A DNA stretch of 64,000 nt from an uncultured Nitrososphaerota archaeon (GCA_963799845.1 CAWCYI010000006.1:1088001-1152000); one strand, 5' to 3'; shown: positions 20,630 to 30,458, counted from the first letter of the stretch. The notes: generated by a model not told the origin, from the letters alone. Translations and numbers: made by a program.

Positions 20630-21013
20630 ATGGCTGAATCAAAAAGTTATTGTGGCAAGTGCGGAGCTCCAATCCCAGCTGGCGATTCATTCTGTCCCAA
20701 ATGTGGCACTGCTGTTGCAATGTCTCCTCAATCAAGTGCTCGAACATCATCTACTCCTCAGCAATTAGACTGGCGAGAACAAAGGCGCCAGATGAGAGCA
20801 GAAAGAAGGACAGAAAGATACAATCGTCCGGGCCCACATATAGGCGGACTCATAATTGCGACGATATTGATAGTGGCTGGTCTGGGCATCTTCTTCCCTC
20901 AACTCCCCTGGCAAGTGTTCTGGGGCTCTCTCTTGATTATCTTAGGACTTTGGATCGTCTACCTCTGGGCTACTAGAAGCAGAAGATACACATCCCCGAC
21001 AAAATCCCAGTAA
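20630..21013 (+). CDS. Zinc-ribbon domain membrane protein
   Basis: CGKCG...FCPKCG, Arg-rich linker, two C-terminal TM helices. Confidence 0.8.
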   Translation: MAESKSYCGKCGAPIPAGDSFCPKCGTAVAMSPQSSARTSSTPQQLDWREQRRQMRAERRTERYNRPGPHIGGLIIATILIVAGLGIFFPQLPWQVFWGSLLIILGLWIVYLWATRSRRYTSPTKSQ

Positions 21014-21044
21014 TTCCTTGCCAATCGGTGGCAATACGTTAGGT

Positions 21045-21084
21045 GGGCGATCCCCTAACCTTGATTGCCCGTCTCATCTTTTTT
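21045..21084 (+). terminator. Hairpin plus T-tract
   Basis: GGGCGATC/GATTGCCC stem followed by TTTTTT downstream of 21013. Confidence 0.4.
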
Positions 21085-21556
21085 GCAAACTGAACCGAAG
21101 ACAATTTTGCCTCCTTGAATAGGTGGAGCATTATCAGTTTTGATAAACGTCTCCATCGTTTATTTCCTATCTTCCTCATTGGATTAGCGCCCATCCACTT
21201 TTGAAAGGCGGAAAAATCCCTCAGAACCCTCGAATATTATGCAGAACTTGAATTAGGGTTCTGGTAACTTATAGGGACATAGAACCAAATTCTAAAGGTG
21301 TTAACTAGATGGACATGACGAATTTTAGATCTGTGAGGAGTTTTGAGCATTCAACACAAACTCTTACGAATTTTCCTTCATATTGAATGGATTCCATGTC
21401 TCTAACTCTGGTTGTTTTGTCGCACCTATGGCACTTCGTTATACGATTCAATGTGATCTCACTCAACTTGAGAGATGAAAGAGAGGTCTATTTTAACATG
21501 AAATAGGGGGAATTTTGAGGTTATTAACTGTCGGGACGCGGCACGAGAATCTTAGC

Positions 21557-21931
21557 TTAGGATGGCTTGTAACTTGTTAGGAAACGAACTATATCGACTT
21601 GCAGGGCATTATTAGAATTATTCCGAAGTCTTACAGTGTACTGCTGATTACCAATCGTAATCGGAAATGAGCTTCTGAATGTAGCGATTCGAGTGAAAAT
21701 AACAGTGGCAAAATGGATTCGACCTTCAAGATTTTCCTTGACTGTTCCTTCTGTTGCAGCCATTGGAATAGCAAGAAAAGCGATACCCTCTATCCAATTT
21801 ATTGTAGGCTCAACTGGACTTTGCTGAGTTAATTGCATTCGTATTATATCTTCGAAAAATGTAGAGTTCTCCTGTTCCACAATTTCATGAATTATTATTT
21901 CGGAAAAGGGGACGAATTTTACTATTGTCAT
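21557..21931 (-). CDS. Hypothetical protein (124 aa, AT-rich)
   Basis: Clean ORF with TATA-like element upstream; no recognisable motif. Confidence 0.65.
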   Translation of the reverse strand: MTIVKFVPFSEIIIHEIVEQENSTFFEDIIRMQLTQQSPVEPTINWIEGIAFLAIPMAATEGTVKENLEGRIHFATVIFTRIATFRSSFPITIGNQQYTVRLRNNSNNALQVDIVRFLTSYKPS

Positions 21932-22334
21932 AATAGTTTTTGAAGTATAATGCCAGTATATAGGTTCATTTTATTTGGATTCTCTTACCTCTCTGAGGAA
22001 TTGACTGGATTTTTCTCGGTGTTAACGTTCGAGGAATGAAGGATTCGGCGGTCGAAACATAGGCACTAGTCGTAATAAGAGAAACTGTTGCTAGGCAAGT
22101 GCATCAAGAACTTCCTGATTGTACGTTGATCTGACAGAAATTAGACATTTATGGTCTAACGGATGCAGAGCGCAGAGAAATGATCCACAAAGGCAGTAGA
22201 ATCCAGCCATCTCTTTGCAGCTAAAACAGAAAATAGTTCCGCCGATGACCTTGACCCGCTGCTATCAGCCGTTAAGTAGCCGATATCGGAGACTATTATA
22301 GAAAACTATTTTTCTGAGCGTTCCCTTACTATTA

Positions 22335-22811
22335 ATGCTGGCGCTGCCAATGTATTCCCAACTGTCCGACATGGATAGGAAGATGTTGAGGTTGCTTCTC
22401 GATTCTGAGGGGAGCATACCGACACACGAAATATCTCAAAAGCTCAATGTGCCGATTAGCACAGTTCAGAGAAGGAGGAAGAGATTGGAGGAAGAATATC
22501 TCATTAAACATTATTCGTTAGATCCTATGAAATTTGGATATAGACGGATTGACCTCTTAATTTACACTCAAGGTGGGGAGACGATGAACATTGGAAAGGA
22601 ATTATTGGAGCGTGAAGAGGTAGTGTACGCGGCGAGAACAATCGGAGAGCATACAATAGACTTACGCATTGAAGTATTCGTAAAGGATAACGGCGTCTTA
22701 CTAGATCTCCTAGAACATGTCAAGGCCATGAAAGGAGTTAGAGACGTAATCTGGACCGAAGTGATTGAGACTATCGGGAGAAAGAATCCTCCGAATCACA
22801 TCATTTTGTAG
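22335..22811 (+). CDS. Lrp/AsnC family transcriptional regulator
   Basis: DMDRKMLRLL...EISQKLNVPISTVQRRRKRLEE wHTH; RAM domain with GEHTIDL. Confidence 0.88.
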   Translation: MLALPMYSQLSDMDRKMLRLLLDSEGSIPTHEISQKLNVPISTVQRRRKRLEEEYLIKHYSLDPMKFGYRRIDLLIYTQGGETMNIGKELLEREEVVYAARTIGEHTIDLRIEVFVKDNGVLLDLLEHVKAMKGVRDVIWTEVIETIGRKNPPNHIIL

Positions 22812-22833
22812 CTTTGTCCGCTTCCAGAACTCG

Positions 22834-22877
22834 CTTACACCTGTAACAGTATCATGTGACGATTTCTAGAGTCCTGA
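22834..22877 (+). repeat. 44-bp direct repeat, copy 1
   Basis: CTTACACCTGTAACAGTATCATGTGACGATTTCTAGAGTCCTGA; 39/44 identical to 23394-23437. Confidence 0.85.
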
Positions 22878-22935
22878 CTATATCCCCCCACCAGTCTCAC
22901 CCCCAAACCAAAAAAAACTAGGTAGAGAGATTACT

Positions 22936-23022
22936 TTGACGGTCAAAGATGCGCTATTCTTAGGTAGTAAAGTGATCGTATTCTTTGTTGGTATGTATAT
23001 TGGATATGTCCTTAGAGGTTAG
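22936..23022 (+). CDS. Putative 28-aa single-TM peptide
   Basis: TTG start; MTVKDALFLGSKVIVFFVGMYIGYVLRG*; ends 5 nt before the next ORF. Confidence 0.35.
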   Translation: MTVKDALFLGSKVIVFFVGMYIGYVLRG

Positions 23023-23027
23023 AATAC

Positions 23028-23207
23028 ATGACTAGTCATAGATCATTATCTAAGAATAAGCCGTTCTATTGTGAAAATTGCAAGCAATATTTTGAAAGTA
23101 ATTATACAGAATTAGCATTATTGGAGTTTAGATGTAAAAAATGCGGTGTAGAAATGCTCAATGAGAGATCGAAATTAAGGGAATTAATGAGAGAAACTAT
23201 GCACTGA
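23028..23207 (+). CDS. 59-aa C4 zinc-ribbon microprotein
   Basis: MTSHRSLSKNKPFYCENCKQYFESNYTELALLEFRCKKCGVEMLNERSKLRELMRETMH*; GAGGT SD upstream. Confidence 0.6.
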   Translation: MTSHRSLSKNKPFYCENCKQYFESNYTELALLEFRCKKCGVEMLNERSKLRELMRETMH

Positions 23208-23393
23208 CAACTTCTTTTGTATGATGAATCTTTCCAATTCCCTTTTTCAAATAACACAATTCATGATAAATCGTATGTCAGTCTAGTTAACAGCCTTCAA
23301 AACCAAGGCTCATGTTCCTTTAAGTTACCTGAACCAAAATTTGCTCACTTCAAACATCAAATCATAATGATTCCGATTAGGCATTAACTCAGA

Positions 23394-23437
23394 CTTACAC
23401 CTGTAACTGTATCATGCGGCAATTTCTAGAATCCTGA
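23394..23437 (+). repeat. 44-bp direct repeat, copy 2
   Basis: CTTACACCTGTAACTGTATCATGCGGCAATTTCTAGAATCCTGA. Confidence 0.85.
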
Positions 23438-23594
23438 GAGAGAGGCTAAAATGGTGGGCTCTCTCTCTCACATGTGAACGCACACGTCTAAGGGGTGCCT
23501 GGCAATTTTTTCTCACCCGGCAGGGCTATTTGATGAAGTATTAGCAATTTCGGAGCGTACCACACTCGAATGTTCAGGAGGCTAATCTTTCTGC

Positions 23595-23966
23595 TCATTT
23601 CCTCGTCCTTCTAATCGCTTGATTTATCGCCTTTGCGACTGACTGCTTATCCTCTACTTCGAAAATGATTTTCCTATACTTTTCGTCATCCAAGGTTACG
23701 GTGATGCATTTGTCTGGGTGATGCATCTCGAAAAACATCATCCCATCGCTAGTCAGATAATCACCGACTTTGACCAGGCCAGGGAATAAGTGTGTCGAAA
23801 GATTGACTTTCGCACTTGTAAATGGCTTCCAAGCAACCCTCTGCGTTGAAACTGAGACGACGTGCTTTAGCGGGACTGTGATTGTTCTCTTAATCGTAAG
23901 AATCTTGTCGATACCGTGAAGCTCGAAAATCAGGTTGTTCCCCTCGATTTTCGCGGTCGCCGACAT
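23595..23966 (-). CDS. Hypothetical protein (possible PH-like beta fold)
   Basis: 123-aa ORF with ITVPLKHVVSV and YRKIIFEVED; fold assignment is inference. Confidence 0.65.
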   Translation of the reverse strand: MSATAKIEGNNLIFELHGIDKILTIKRTITVPLKHVVSVSTQRVAWKPFTSAKVNLSTHLFPGLVKVGDYLTSDGMMFFEMHHPDKCITVTLDDEKYRKIIFEVEDKQSVAKAINQAIRRTRK

Positions 23967-24100
23967 TTACGCCAACTCTTTCTTGTATGGAAAGAAGTAT
24001 TTGAATGCGAGGAGGAGGTAAACTAATGGGGCTCTCTCTCCGTACATGAGTGGTAACTTTTCCTCAGACGCCATTTGCTTTGGTCAATTCTCCCAGGGGG

Positions 24101-24586
24101 TCACTTGCCCTTGGCGGGCATCCCCTTCCGGTAATCCTCTTCCAGGGCAGCCACTAGATTATCCCAGTACTTGTTCGCGTTGCGGACCCACTGACTCCGA
24201 GTGGGATGCTTTCGTGTCATCCACCGTTCCGTGAGAGATAGGGTCACTCGCGTTCGTCCAGAACCGAGGCGTGCAAGCTTGTAATCCACCGCGTCAAGGT
24301 CCGTCACGCCTATCTGATCCTTGTGCCAGGCGTCAGGTGGAATCAATCGGACGAGTTCCACGGCTACCTTGGGGCTCTCGATAGGAGTGACCCTCTCAAT
24401 GATTCGGACCACGCGATCCGACCCGACATGAATCACCTTGTGACGCGTCTTCGAGAATTTCCCGTCGTCACTCCGAAAGTCGGTGCACCATTCGTACACG
24501 TATTTGATCGGCGCCTTGATGGTCTTCGTGACCTGGGCATGATGTGAAGCAAAAACGCGTCGGCTGGATTCCGGCATGTGACCCAT
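24101..24586 (-). CDS. Hypothetical protein (SRPBCC/START-like N-terminus)
   Basis: KTIKAPIKYVYEWCTDF resembles the SRPBCC signature IxAPxExVWxxxTD. Confidence 0.6.
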   Translation of the reverse strand: MGHMPESSRRVFASHHAQVTKTIKAPIKYVYEWCTDFRSDDGKFSKTRHKVIHVGSDRVVRIIERVTPIESPKVAVELVRLIPPDAWHKDQIGVTDLDAVDYKLARLGSGRTRVTLSLTERWMTRKHPTRSQWVRNANKYWDNLVAALEEDYRKGMPAKGK

Positions 24587-24880
24587 TAGAGTGACGGATT
24601 CCTCGCTATCAAGGTTTTCCTCGTCGGTGCTGTTAAGTTGATGGGCCCTCCTTCAAGTTCCTCTTCCTGTTAACCATCGGGCCCTGAGCCGCGTTCTGGA
24701 TGATCTTCAGCCACTTAACTTAACAGCTATGTTCCTCAATATGAAATCAGAAATCGATCTTTTTTATCAATCCTTGAAATCTTGGATCTTTTCTTATTTC
24801 GTCAAATGAATGATCGACATTTGTCGCGAGAGTATAGCTTCTTTGTGATCTGGCCAGTGGGCATCCCTAAATCCAAGAGT

Positions 24881-25573
24881 TCATTCCTCGACCGCGCCCC
24901 CACGCTCACGCAGGTGTCGACGGAGACTGTAGGAGGGATCCATCTCGCGTTTTGCTAGATAATCGTCAAAATCGAGCTGATCCCAGAGCCTCTTTCCGGC
25001 TTTGATCTTCTCCGCCTGGCTGCGCTCAACATTGTGAATTGACTTTGCGACTTTCAAAATTTCCTCAAGCTTACTTAACGAAACGAAAATGACTCCATCG
25101 TCATCCGCGAAAACAATGTCGCTGCTGTCAACTGCAAAACTCTCCCAATCCGCGGATACAAGGTCGAGGGGGCCTCGCTCGTCCAAGCGACGAGGGCCCG
25201 CAGAAAGTGATCCGTAGCTGAACACGGGGAAACCAATTGGCACGAGTTCACTCGTGTCCCGAATTAGACCTCTCACGACGAAGCCTGACAAGCCCCAGGT
25301 CCTAGCTTCGAGCACTGTAAGATCGCCGATGCAGCTTTCGTCGGTTCTTCCTTGATTATCGATAACTAACACGTCCCCTGGAATTGATTTCTTCATGGCT
25401 TCGATGAAAACATCGACGCTCCCCCTGTGACGGGCTGGCAGAACCCTTCCTGCAACGCGCATTCCACGGACAAGTGGATGTATTCCTGAGGGCGCCATTC
25501 GTAGAGGAATGTGCAGCCGAACGCAGGCGTCCGCTATAAGCGGAGTTGTTAGGTCAGCAAAAATATCTTCCAT
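24881..25573 (-). CDS. RraA family protein (HMG aldolase-like)
   Basis: TPLIADA, GDVLVID, CIGDL, GLIRD, FADDDGV. Confidence 0.88.
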   Translation of the reverse strand: MEDIFADLTTPLIADACVRLHIPLRMAPSGIHPLVRGMRVAGRVLPARHRGSVDVFIEAMKKSIPGDVLVIDNQGRTDESCIGDLTVLEARTWGLSGFVVRGLIRDTSELVPIGFPVFSYGSLSAGPRRLDERGPLDLVSADWESFAVDSSDIVFADDDGVIFVSLSKLEEILKVAKSIHNVERSQAEKIKAGKRLWDQLDFDDYLAKREMDPSYSLRRHLRERGGAVEE

Positions 25574-25947
25574 GGGACCACAACCAATTGAAATCTTGGG
25601 TGATAAATCTATGATCCAGCGTCTAACTCCGCAGAATTCCGGAGCTTTACCTCTTACGAAAGCTGCCTCACTTTGCGAATGCTCAGGCGCGACAAACCGC
25701 TCGATTAGTCTAGTATCTCATATGAAACATTCAGATATCGGGTTGGAGGTAACAAATTGAACCCACCTATAAATAGGATAGTTCCGAATCCCATCCCCTC
25801 CGCGCCGATTCTTGCAATATAGAAGCTACAGAACCAAAGAATCGACTGTTTCTCTCGCTGACAGATATTTTGAGAATCAGTGACAGGTATTTTGAGACGA
25901 ATGACAGGAACTTTGAGAAGCGACAACTTTCAGAGAGAGAGCTGAAA

Positions 25948-25974
25948 TGGTGGGGTCGGCCTTGAACCGGCGAT
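25948..25974 (-). other. Degenerate tRNA 3'-end fragment (att-like remnant)
   Basis: Minus strand ATCGCCGGTTCAA-GGCCGACCCCACCA: T-arm with about 4 nt deleted, acceptor strand and CCA; no 5' half present. Confidence 0.5.
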
Positions 25975-26133
25975 TTGTGGCGAAGATTTTCGACCGTCAG
26001 TGAGAAGAAATCTCATTAGTCCTCGCTAAACGTCAAATTCTAATTCCATCCATTTGTTGTGATCGGTTGCTTGATCTTACCATAAAGCGTAAAGCAAAAT
26101 TTTCAAATTGAGCCATGAAGAGCAGGCTGCAAA

Positions 26134-27495
26134 TTGAAAGTCGCAATAATTGGAGCCGGCAGTGCCGTCTTTTGGTTGTCATTGACCAGAGATTTCTGTA
26201 CCATGAATAGTGCTTCCGGGAGTACTTTCACGCTTGTCGATATCAACAAGGAACGATTGGATGCGGTCTATGATTTGGGAAGCCGCTACATCAAAGACCT
26301 TGGAACGGACATCAAACTCGAAAAGACGCTCGACCGTCGAAAGGCGATGGAGGGAGCAGACTTTGTTGTCAATACGGCAATGCCAGGCGGGCACGAGCAT
26401 CAGGAAGCGATGAGAAGTGTCGGAATGAAGCATGGGTATTACATGGGAGTTGACAACGCCGAGCACAATTTTGTCTGGGATTATTTCACCATCTTGGGAT
26501 ACAAGCAGTACAATCTAGCCCTCGAAATTGCGAGGGACATCGAAGAGATCTGCCCGGACGCATGGATGATGCAAACAGCTAATCCAATTTTTGAAGTCGC
26601 GACATTACTCCGGCGCAACAGCAAGATCAAGGTGGCCGGGTTTTGTCCCGGATACCACGCCGTTCACCACCTCATGTTTGCAGTTGGCTTGAGCCCAGCT
26701 GAGGTCGATTTCCAGGTTGCAGGGTTCAATCATTGCATCTATCTAACCAAATTCAAGAACAAAGAAACGGGAGAGGATGCCTATCCCCTACTAGATGGAT
26801 GGACGAAAACAGGGGCTCCCGAGCTTTGGAAAAATCATGACCTTGGTCTTTGGACCGAGACAGTTAGCCCTGCTGCTGTTGACATGTACGAACTCTACGG
26901 GATGTATCCAATTGGCGACACAGCGAGGTGTTTCTCATGGAAGTACCACTACGATCTGGAGACCGCGAAAAAATGGTACGGCGAAATCGGCGGTACCGAT
27001 TCAGAGCTTGGTCTCCAGTTGTGCTTAGATCGATTTCAAGGCAATGTCGACAGGATGTTCAGGCTCCTAAAGAACCCCAATCTGAATCTCACCAAAGAAA
27101 TTCGTCCCTCGAAAGGAAATGACGAATTCTCCGATTTCATAGATGCTATTTCATTGGGAGAGGAAAAGCGCCTCGTGTTGAATATTCCAAACGAGGGCAT
27201 ACTTACTCAATTTCCAAATGACCTTTCGATAGAGGTTCCTGTCAGCATCGTCAATGGAAAGTTGTACCCAGAACACGTGGAACCTTTTCCAAGCCGTTTG
27301 CTCAACTTTGTGATGAGGCCGAGGATGCTGAGGATGGAGTGGGCTCTTGAGGCTTATGACAGTGGAGACAAAGAGATGCTGGTTGAAAACCTAATTCGTG
27401 ATCCCAGGACAAAGTCCGAGGCGCAGGCGAGAGAGACGATCGACGATCTGCTCAATATGCCCCTCAATGCTGACATGAAGGCGCATTACAAGTGA
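26134..27495 (+). CDS. Glycoside hydrolase family 4 (Thermotoga alpha-glucosidase/glucuronidase-like)
   Basis: IIGAGSAVF, TANP, GFCPG, GFNH, PIGDTAR, DPRT. Confidence 0.92.
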   Translation: MKVAIIGAGSAVFWLSLTRDFCTMNSASGSTFTLVDINKERLDAVYDLGSRYIKDLGTDIKLEKTLDRRKAMEGADFVVNTAMPGGHEHQEAMRSVGMKHGYYMGVDNAEHNFVWDYFTILGYKQYNLALEIARDIEEICPDAWMMQTANPIFEVATLLRRNSKIKVAGFCPGYHAVHHLMFAVGLSPAEVDFQVAGFNHCIYLTKFKNKETGEDAYPLLDGWTKTGAPELWKNHDLGLWTETVSPAAVDMYELYGMYPIGDTARCFSWKYHYDLETAKKWYGEIGGTDSELGLQLCLDRFQGNVDRMFRLLKNPNLNLTKEIRPSKGNDEFSDFIDAISLGEEKRLVLNIPNEGILTQFPNDLSIEVPVSIVNGKLYPEHVEPFPSRLLNFVMRPRMLRMEWALEAYDSGDKEMLVENLIRDPRTKSEAQARETIDDLLNMPLNADMKAHYK

Positions 27496-27517
27496 GTTCA
27501 AGGAGTTTGTATTTGAA

Positions 27518-27796
27518 ATGAGTGCAGCAAGTCAATCACAGGGTCCGGACATTGGCGCATCGAGCGGAGGAACGTGCAATACAGAGTTGAAATTGGGAGA
27601 TTCGTGCGATTCATGCTGGAGGGGAATCATGATGCCTCCGGGCGGTATCAGTTATTACGTTCAAGAGATCGCGAAATATGGAAACATTCGACATTCTAGA
27701 GGTCAATACAAGATCAAGTGTCCAAGGTGTGGTCACTGGCATACTTCAATCGGACTCGATCTCAAAACCGGGTTCGATCCGATCGAAACGCCCTAA
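27518..27796 (+). CDS. Small CxxC...CxxC zinc-binding protein
   Basis: CDSC and CPRCGH; AGGAG SD; lies between GH4 and amidase on the same strand. Confidence 0.6.
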   Translation: MSAASQSQGPDIGASSGGTCNTELKLGDSCDSCWRGIMMPPGGISYYVQEIAKYGNIRHSRGQYKIKCPRCGHWHTSIGLDLKTGFDPIETP

Positions 27797-27818
27797 GAAT
27801 TCAAGGTTATTGAAAAAC

Positions 27819-29207
27819 ATGCCTTCTTCAGAATCTGAGTCATCTTACTCTCTAGAAAGGCTCTCCCAAGAGCTTGAATCGGGAAAGCTAACCGTGAATG
27901 AAGTTGTTCGGGACGAAATCTCGAATATCCAAACTTACAGCGATCTCAACGCCTTCGTCACGACGTTCGATTTTGATTCCCAAATAATTTCGGAAGCTAT
28001 CAAAAATGCAGGATCATATCTCAAGCGGAAGTCAAAAAATCTACCATCTCTGGCCGGGATTCCATTCGCGATCAAAGACAACGTTTTCGTTTCTGGTTAC
28101 AGAGCGACGAATGGATGCGTTGCATTCAAGGATTTCATCCCAAACGTGAACGGGGATGTATTCGATCTGTTCTATTCAAGGGGCGCGATCCCTCTAGGGA
28201 AGACAAATCTTCACGAACTATGTCTGGGACCCACTTGTTCAGCATCCTTTTTTGGTCCCGTAAGGAATCCAATTGATTCATCGCGGGTAACGGGGGGATC
28301 GAGCGGCGGTTCGGCTGTCTCCGTCGCACGGGCAAAATACGCGCTTGCAAGCATTGGTTCTGATACTGGGGGGTCAGTAAGAATTCCGGCGGCATTATGC
28401 GGAATCTGCGGATTCAAGCCTACTATTAACACGATCAGCTCGTTCGGAGTCTTCCCGCTGAGCGCGACGTTGGATACCGTCGGCGTGCTAGCGAGAACTA
28501 TGGAGGATCTGATTTTCTCCCTTTGTGGCATTATGCCGGAAAAATTCCAACTTGAAACCTCTATGAAATCGAGAAAAAGAAAAGTGAAAATTGGAATACC
28601 GGGGAAGAGGTATTTTGACGGAGCCGACAGATCTGTGCTCAAAGCTTTTTGGAACGCTATTGAAAAAATCCGTGGAGAGTTCGAAATAATTGAAGGAATC
28701 TCGATCCCTGACGAAGATAGGATTGCCCGCGTAAGAAGATCAATCATGTTGAGGGAGGGTGCGTGGTTTTACTCTGAAGTTCTAGGGAATGAAGAGTACA
28801 GGAAAAGAATGGACCCTGACGTGCTTACACCCCTTGATGCCGGACTGAAGATGGGAATGGTAGAAGCGATGCAAGCAGAAGCCTTCAGAGTCGCATTTAC
28901 ATCCAAAATGTTTGCAGTTTTCAATGATGTCAACTACGTCGCGATGCCTACATGCCTCATCGAGCCGCCCAAACTTGAGGACATGCTTGATAGATCGAAA
29001 TACGCGCTCGCGAGGCCCCTTTTGATCAGGAACCCCGAGGTCTGGAATCTGTGCGGGTTTCCAGCGCTTTCTCTCCCGAGCAACCGGCTAGACGGTCACT
29101 CTCTTCCGACCGGTTTGCAATTAGCTGGAAAATACGGTGATGATATCGGTGTCTTAGAAGTCGGAAGTAGAATCTGGCAGTTAATCCATCCACTTTCAAA
29201 TGTGTGA
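27819..29207 (+). CDS. Amidase signature family enzyme
   Basis: AIKDN, GKTNLHE, GGSSGGS, GSDTGGSVRIPAALCG; start moved from 27678 to 27819 to avoid the upstream gene. Confidence 0.92.
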   Translation: MPSSESESSYSLERLSQELESGKLTVNEVVRDEISNIQTYSDLNAFVTTFDFDSQIISEAIKNAGSYLKRKSKNLPSLAGIPFAIKDNVFVSGYRATNGCVAFKDFIPNVNGDVFDLFYSRGAIPLGKTNLHELCLGPTCSASFFGPVRNPIDSSRVTGGSSGGSAVSVARAKYALASIGSDTGGSVRIPAALCGICGFKPTINTISSFGVFPLSATLDTVGVLARTMEDLIFSLCGIMPEKFQLETSMKSRKRKVKIGIPGKRYFDGADRSVLKAFWNAIEKIRGEFEIIEGISIPDEDRIARVRRSIMLREGAWFYSEVLGNEEYRKRMDPDVLTPLDAGLKMGMVEAMQAEAFRVAFTSKMFAVFNDVNYVAMPTCLIEPPKLEDMLDRSKYALARPLLIRNPEVWNLCGFPALSLPSNRLDGHSLPTGLQLAGKYGDDIGVLEVGSRIWQLIHPLSNV

Positions 29208-29521
29208 GAGCATTCGCTGTAAAAATGGAACATGAAGCGGCGAGAGCCGAGACAAAGCACGAAACCAGATTAAGGAGTTTTCGAAGCTCCTTCCCGCTTG
29301 CGAAATTTTATCGATAAACGGGCGTGGCACGAGGTTTCAACCAAAAGAAACCCTCCGCGTGACATCCTTTGAGGGCTGTTGTTTTCCTAGGAAATCAACT
29401 TGATATTGGGAGCCGAGGGAACGCAGTGATCGTTTTCTGCTATCCCTTCTAACTGGGCGAGCAAAGTCGGGGCACAGATTTTCCACCCAGAAAAAGGGTA
29501 GATTCTTCCCCCTTCCTGTTC

Positions 29522-29875
29522 CTACCATCGAAAGTAGTATCCTCTACGACGAAGATCGGATTCGAGTTCCTCCTTCCTCGCTCTTATCAGTCTAGCCATG
29601 TGAAGAACGCTTTCATCCGTCAATTCCTCGAGTTCTTTTGGACTGAGCTGCCGCTTGTAGTCATAACTCGAATTGAGAGAACCTTCAATGAAATCATCGA
29701 TCTTTAGCAGTGGCGTCTGCCCATTTTTTGAAGAGACGTATTCTTTCAGCGCCGATCTTATCACACCTGTTAGGCTACTACCTTCATCTTTCCCAATCAA
29801 AATTGCGGCATCAAGAACCGCCTTGTCTTCCTGCCTGAAGTTCAACGGGTGCACCCATCTCGGCTTTAACGTCAA
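29522..29875 (-). CDS. Ribbon-helix-helix (CopG-like) DNA-binding protein
   Basis: HPLNFRQEDKAVLDAA...EGSSLTGVIRSALKEYV; TTG start at 29875 with GAGG upstream. Confidence 0.6.
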   Translation of the reverse strand: MTLKPRWVHPLNFRQEDKAVLDAAILIGKDEGSSLTGVIRSALKEYVSSKNGQTPLLKIDDFIEGSLNSSYDYKRQLSPKELEELTDESVLHMARLIRARKEELESDLRRRGYYFRW

Positions 29876-29977
29876 GGTATGAACTATCCTCAATCTGTGA
29901 TGTTGTACTGCGTGCATGTACTGCAGCGCTCAGGGTAGATACGTTTCCAATGCCTCCGGATGTCCCTTCCCCTGGCT

Positions 29978-30458
29978 TTACAACTCTATCATTGACTGAA
30001 TCTCGACATACTTCGGCTCCCAGTTTCCTGCTTCCTTCTGTGCCCTCGCTATCCCTGTGACTGTGGGTTTCCAAATTCCAATGCTGTCCTCGGTAGCCGG
30101 ATAGAGTTGTCCCTTCTCGACCAGGTTTTTTCGTGAGAATTTTATTACCGTTTCAACGACGTTCTTTTTAGATTCGGAGTAAACAGACTCGTAAATCGGT
30201 AGCGGTAAGTTCACGATACCACTTGCTTTTCACTTCCTCCAAAACAAATTTCGTCCGAACTCCGGACAAATGAGATTCAGATAAGACGCAAAGTATTGGA
30301 ATTTCTGGACTGCTTCGCGCCGGTGATCTCGTGGTGGCTGAGACGAAATTCCTGTAGTTCCTCCGTCGTCCCCGGAACGATTCGTTTTCTTGTAGATCAG
30401 AATCCTCCGAGATTCCTCTTGGATCCTCTCCAGTCGCTAATTTTGCTTCAGGTTTCAT
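29978..30458 (-). CDS. Winged-helix protein (Mrr N-terminal-like), one-base frameshift near 30187
   Basis: Two overlapping ORFs join as ELTATDLR-AVYSESKKNVVETVIKFSRKNLVEKG...GIWKPTVTG; total length 3n+1. Confidence 0.6.

Noticed and set aside
22834-23437. CRISPR mini-array
   Set aside because: The 516-bp interval is far longer than a spacer and contains ORFs
27678-27818. N-terminal extension of the amidase in the ORF track
   Set aside because: Overlaps the Cys-rich gene 27518..27796; amidase-like sequence begins near ATG 27819
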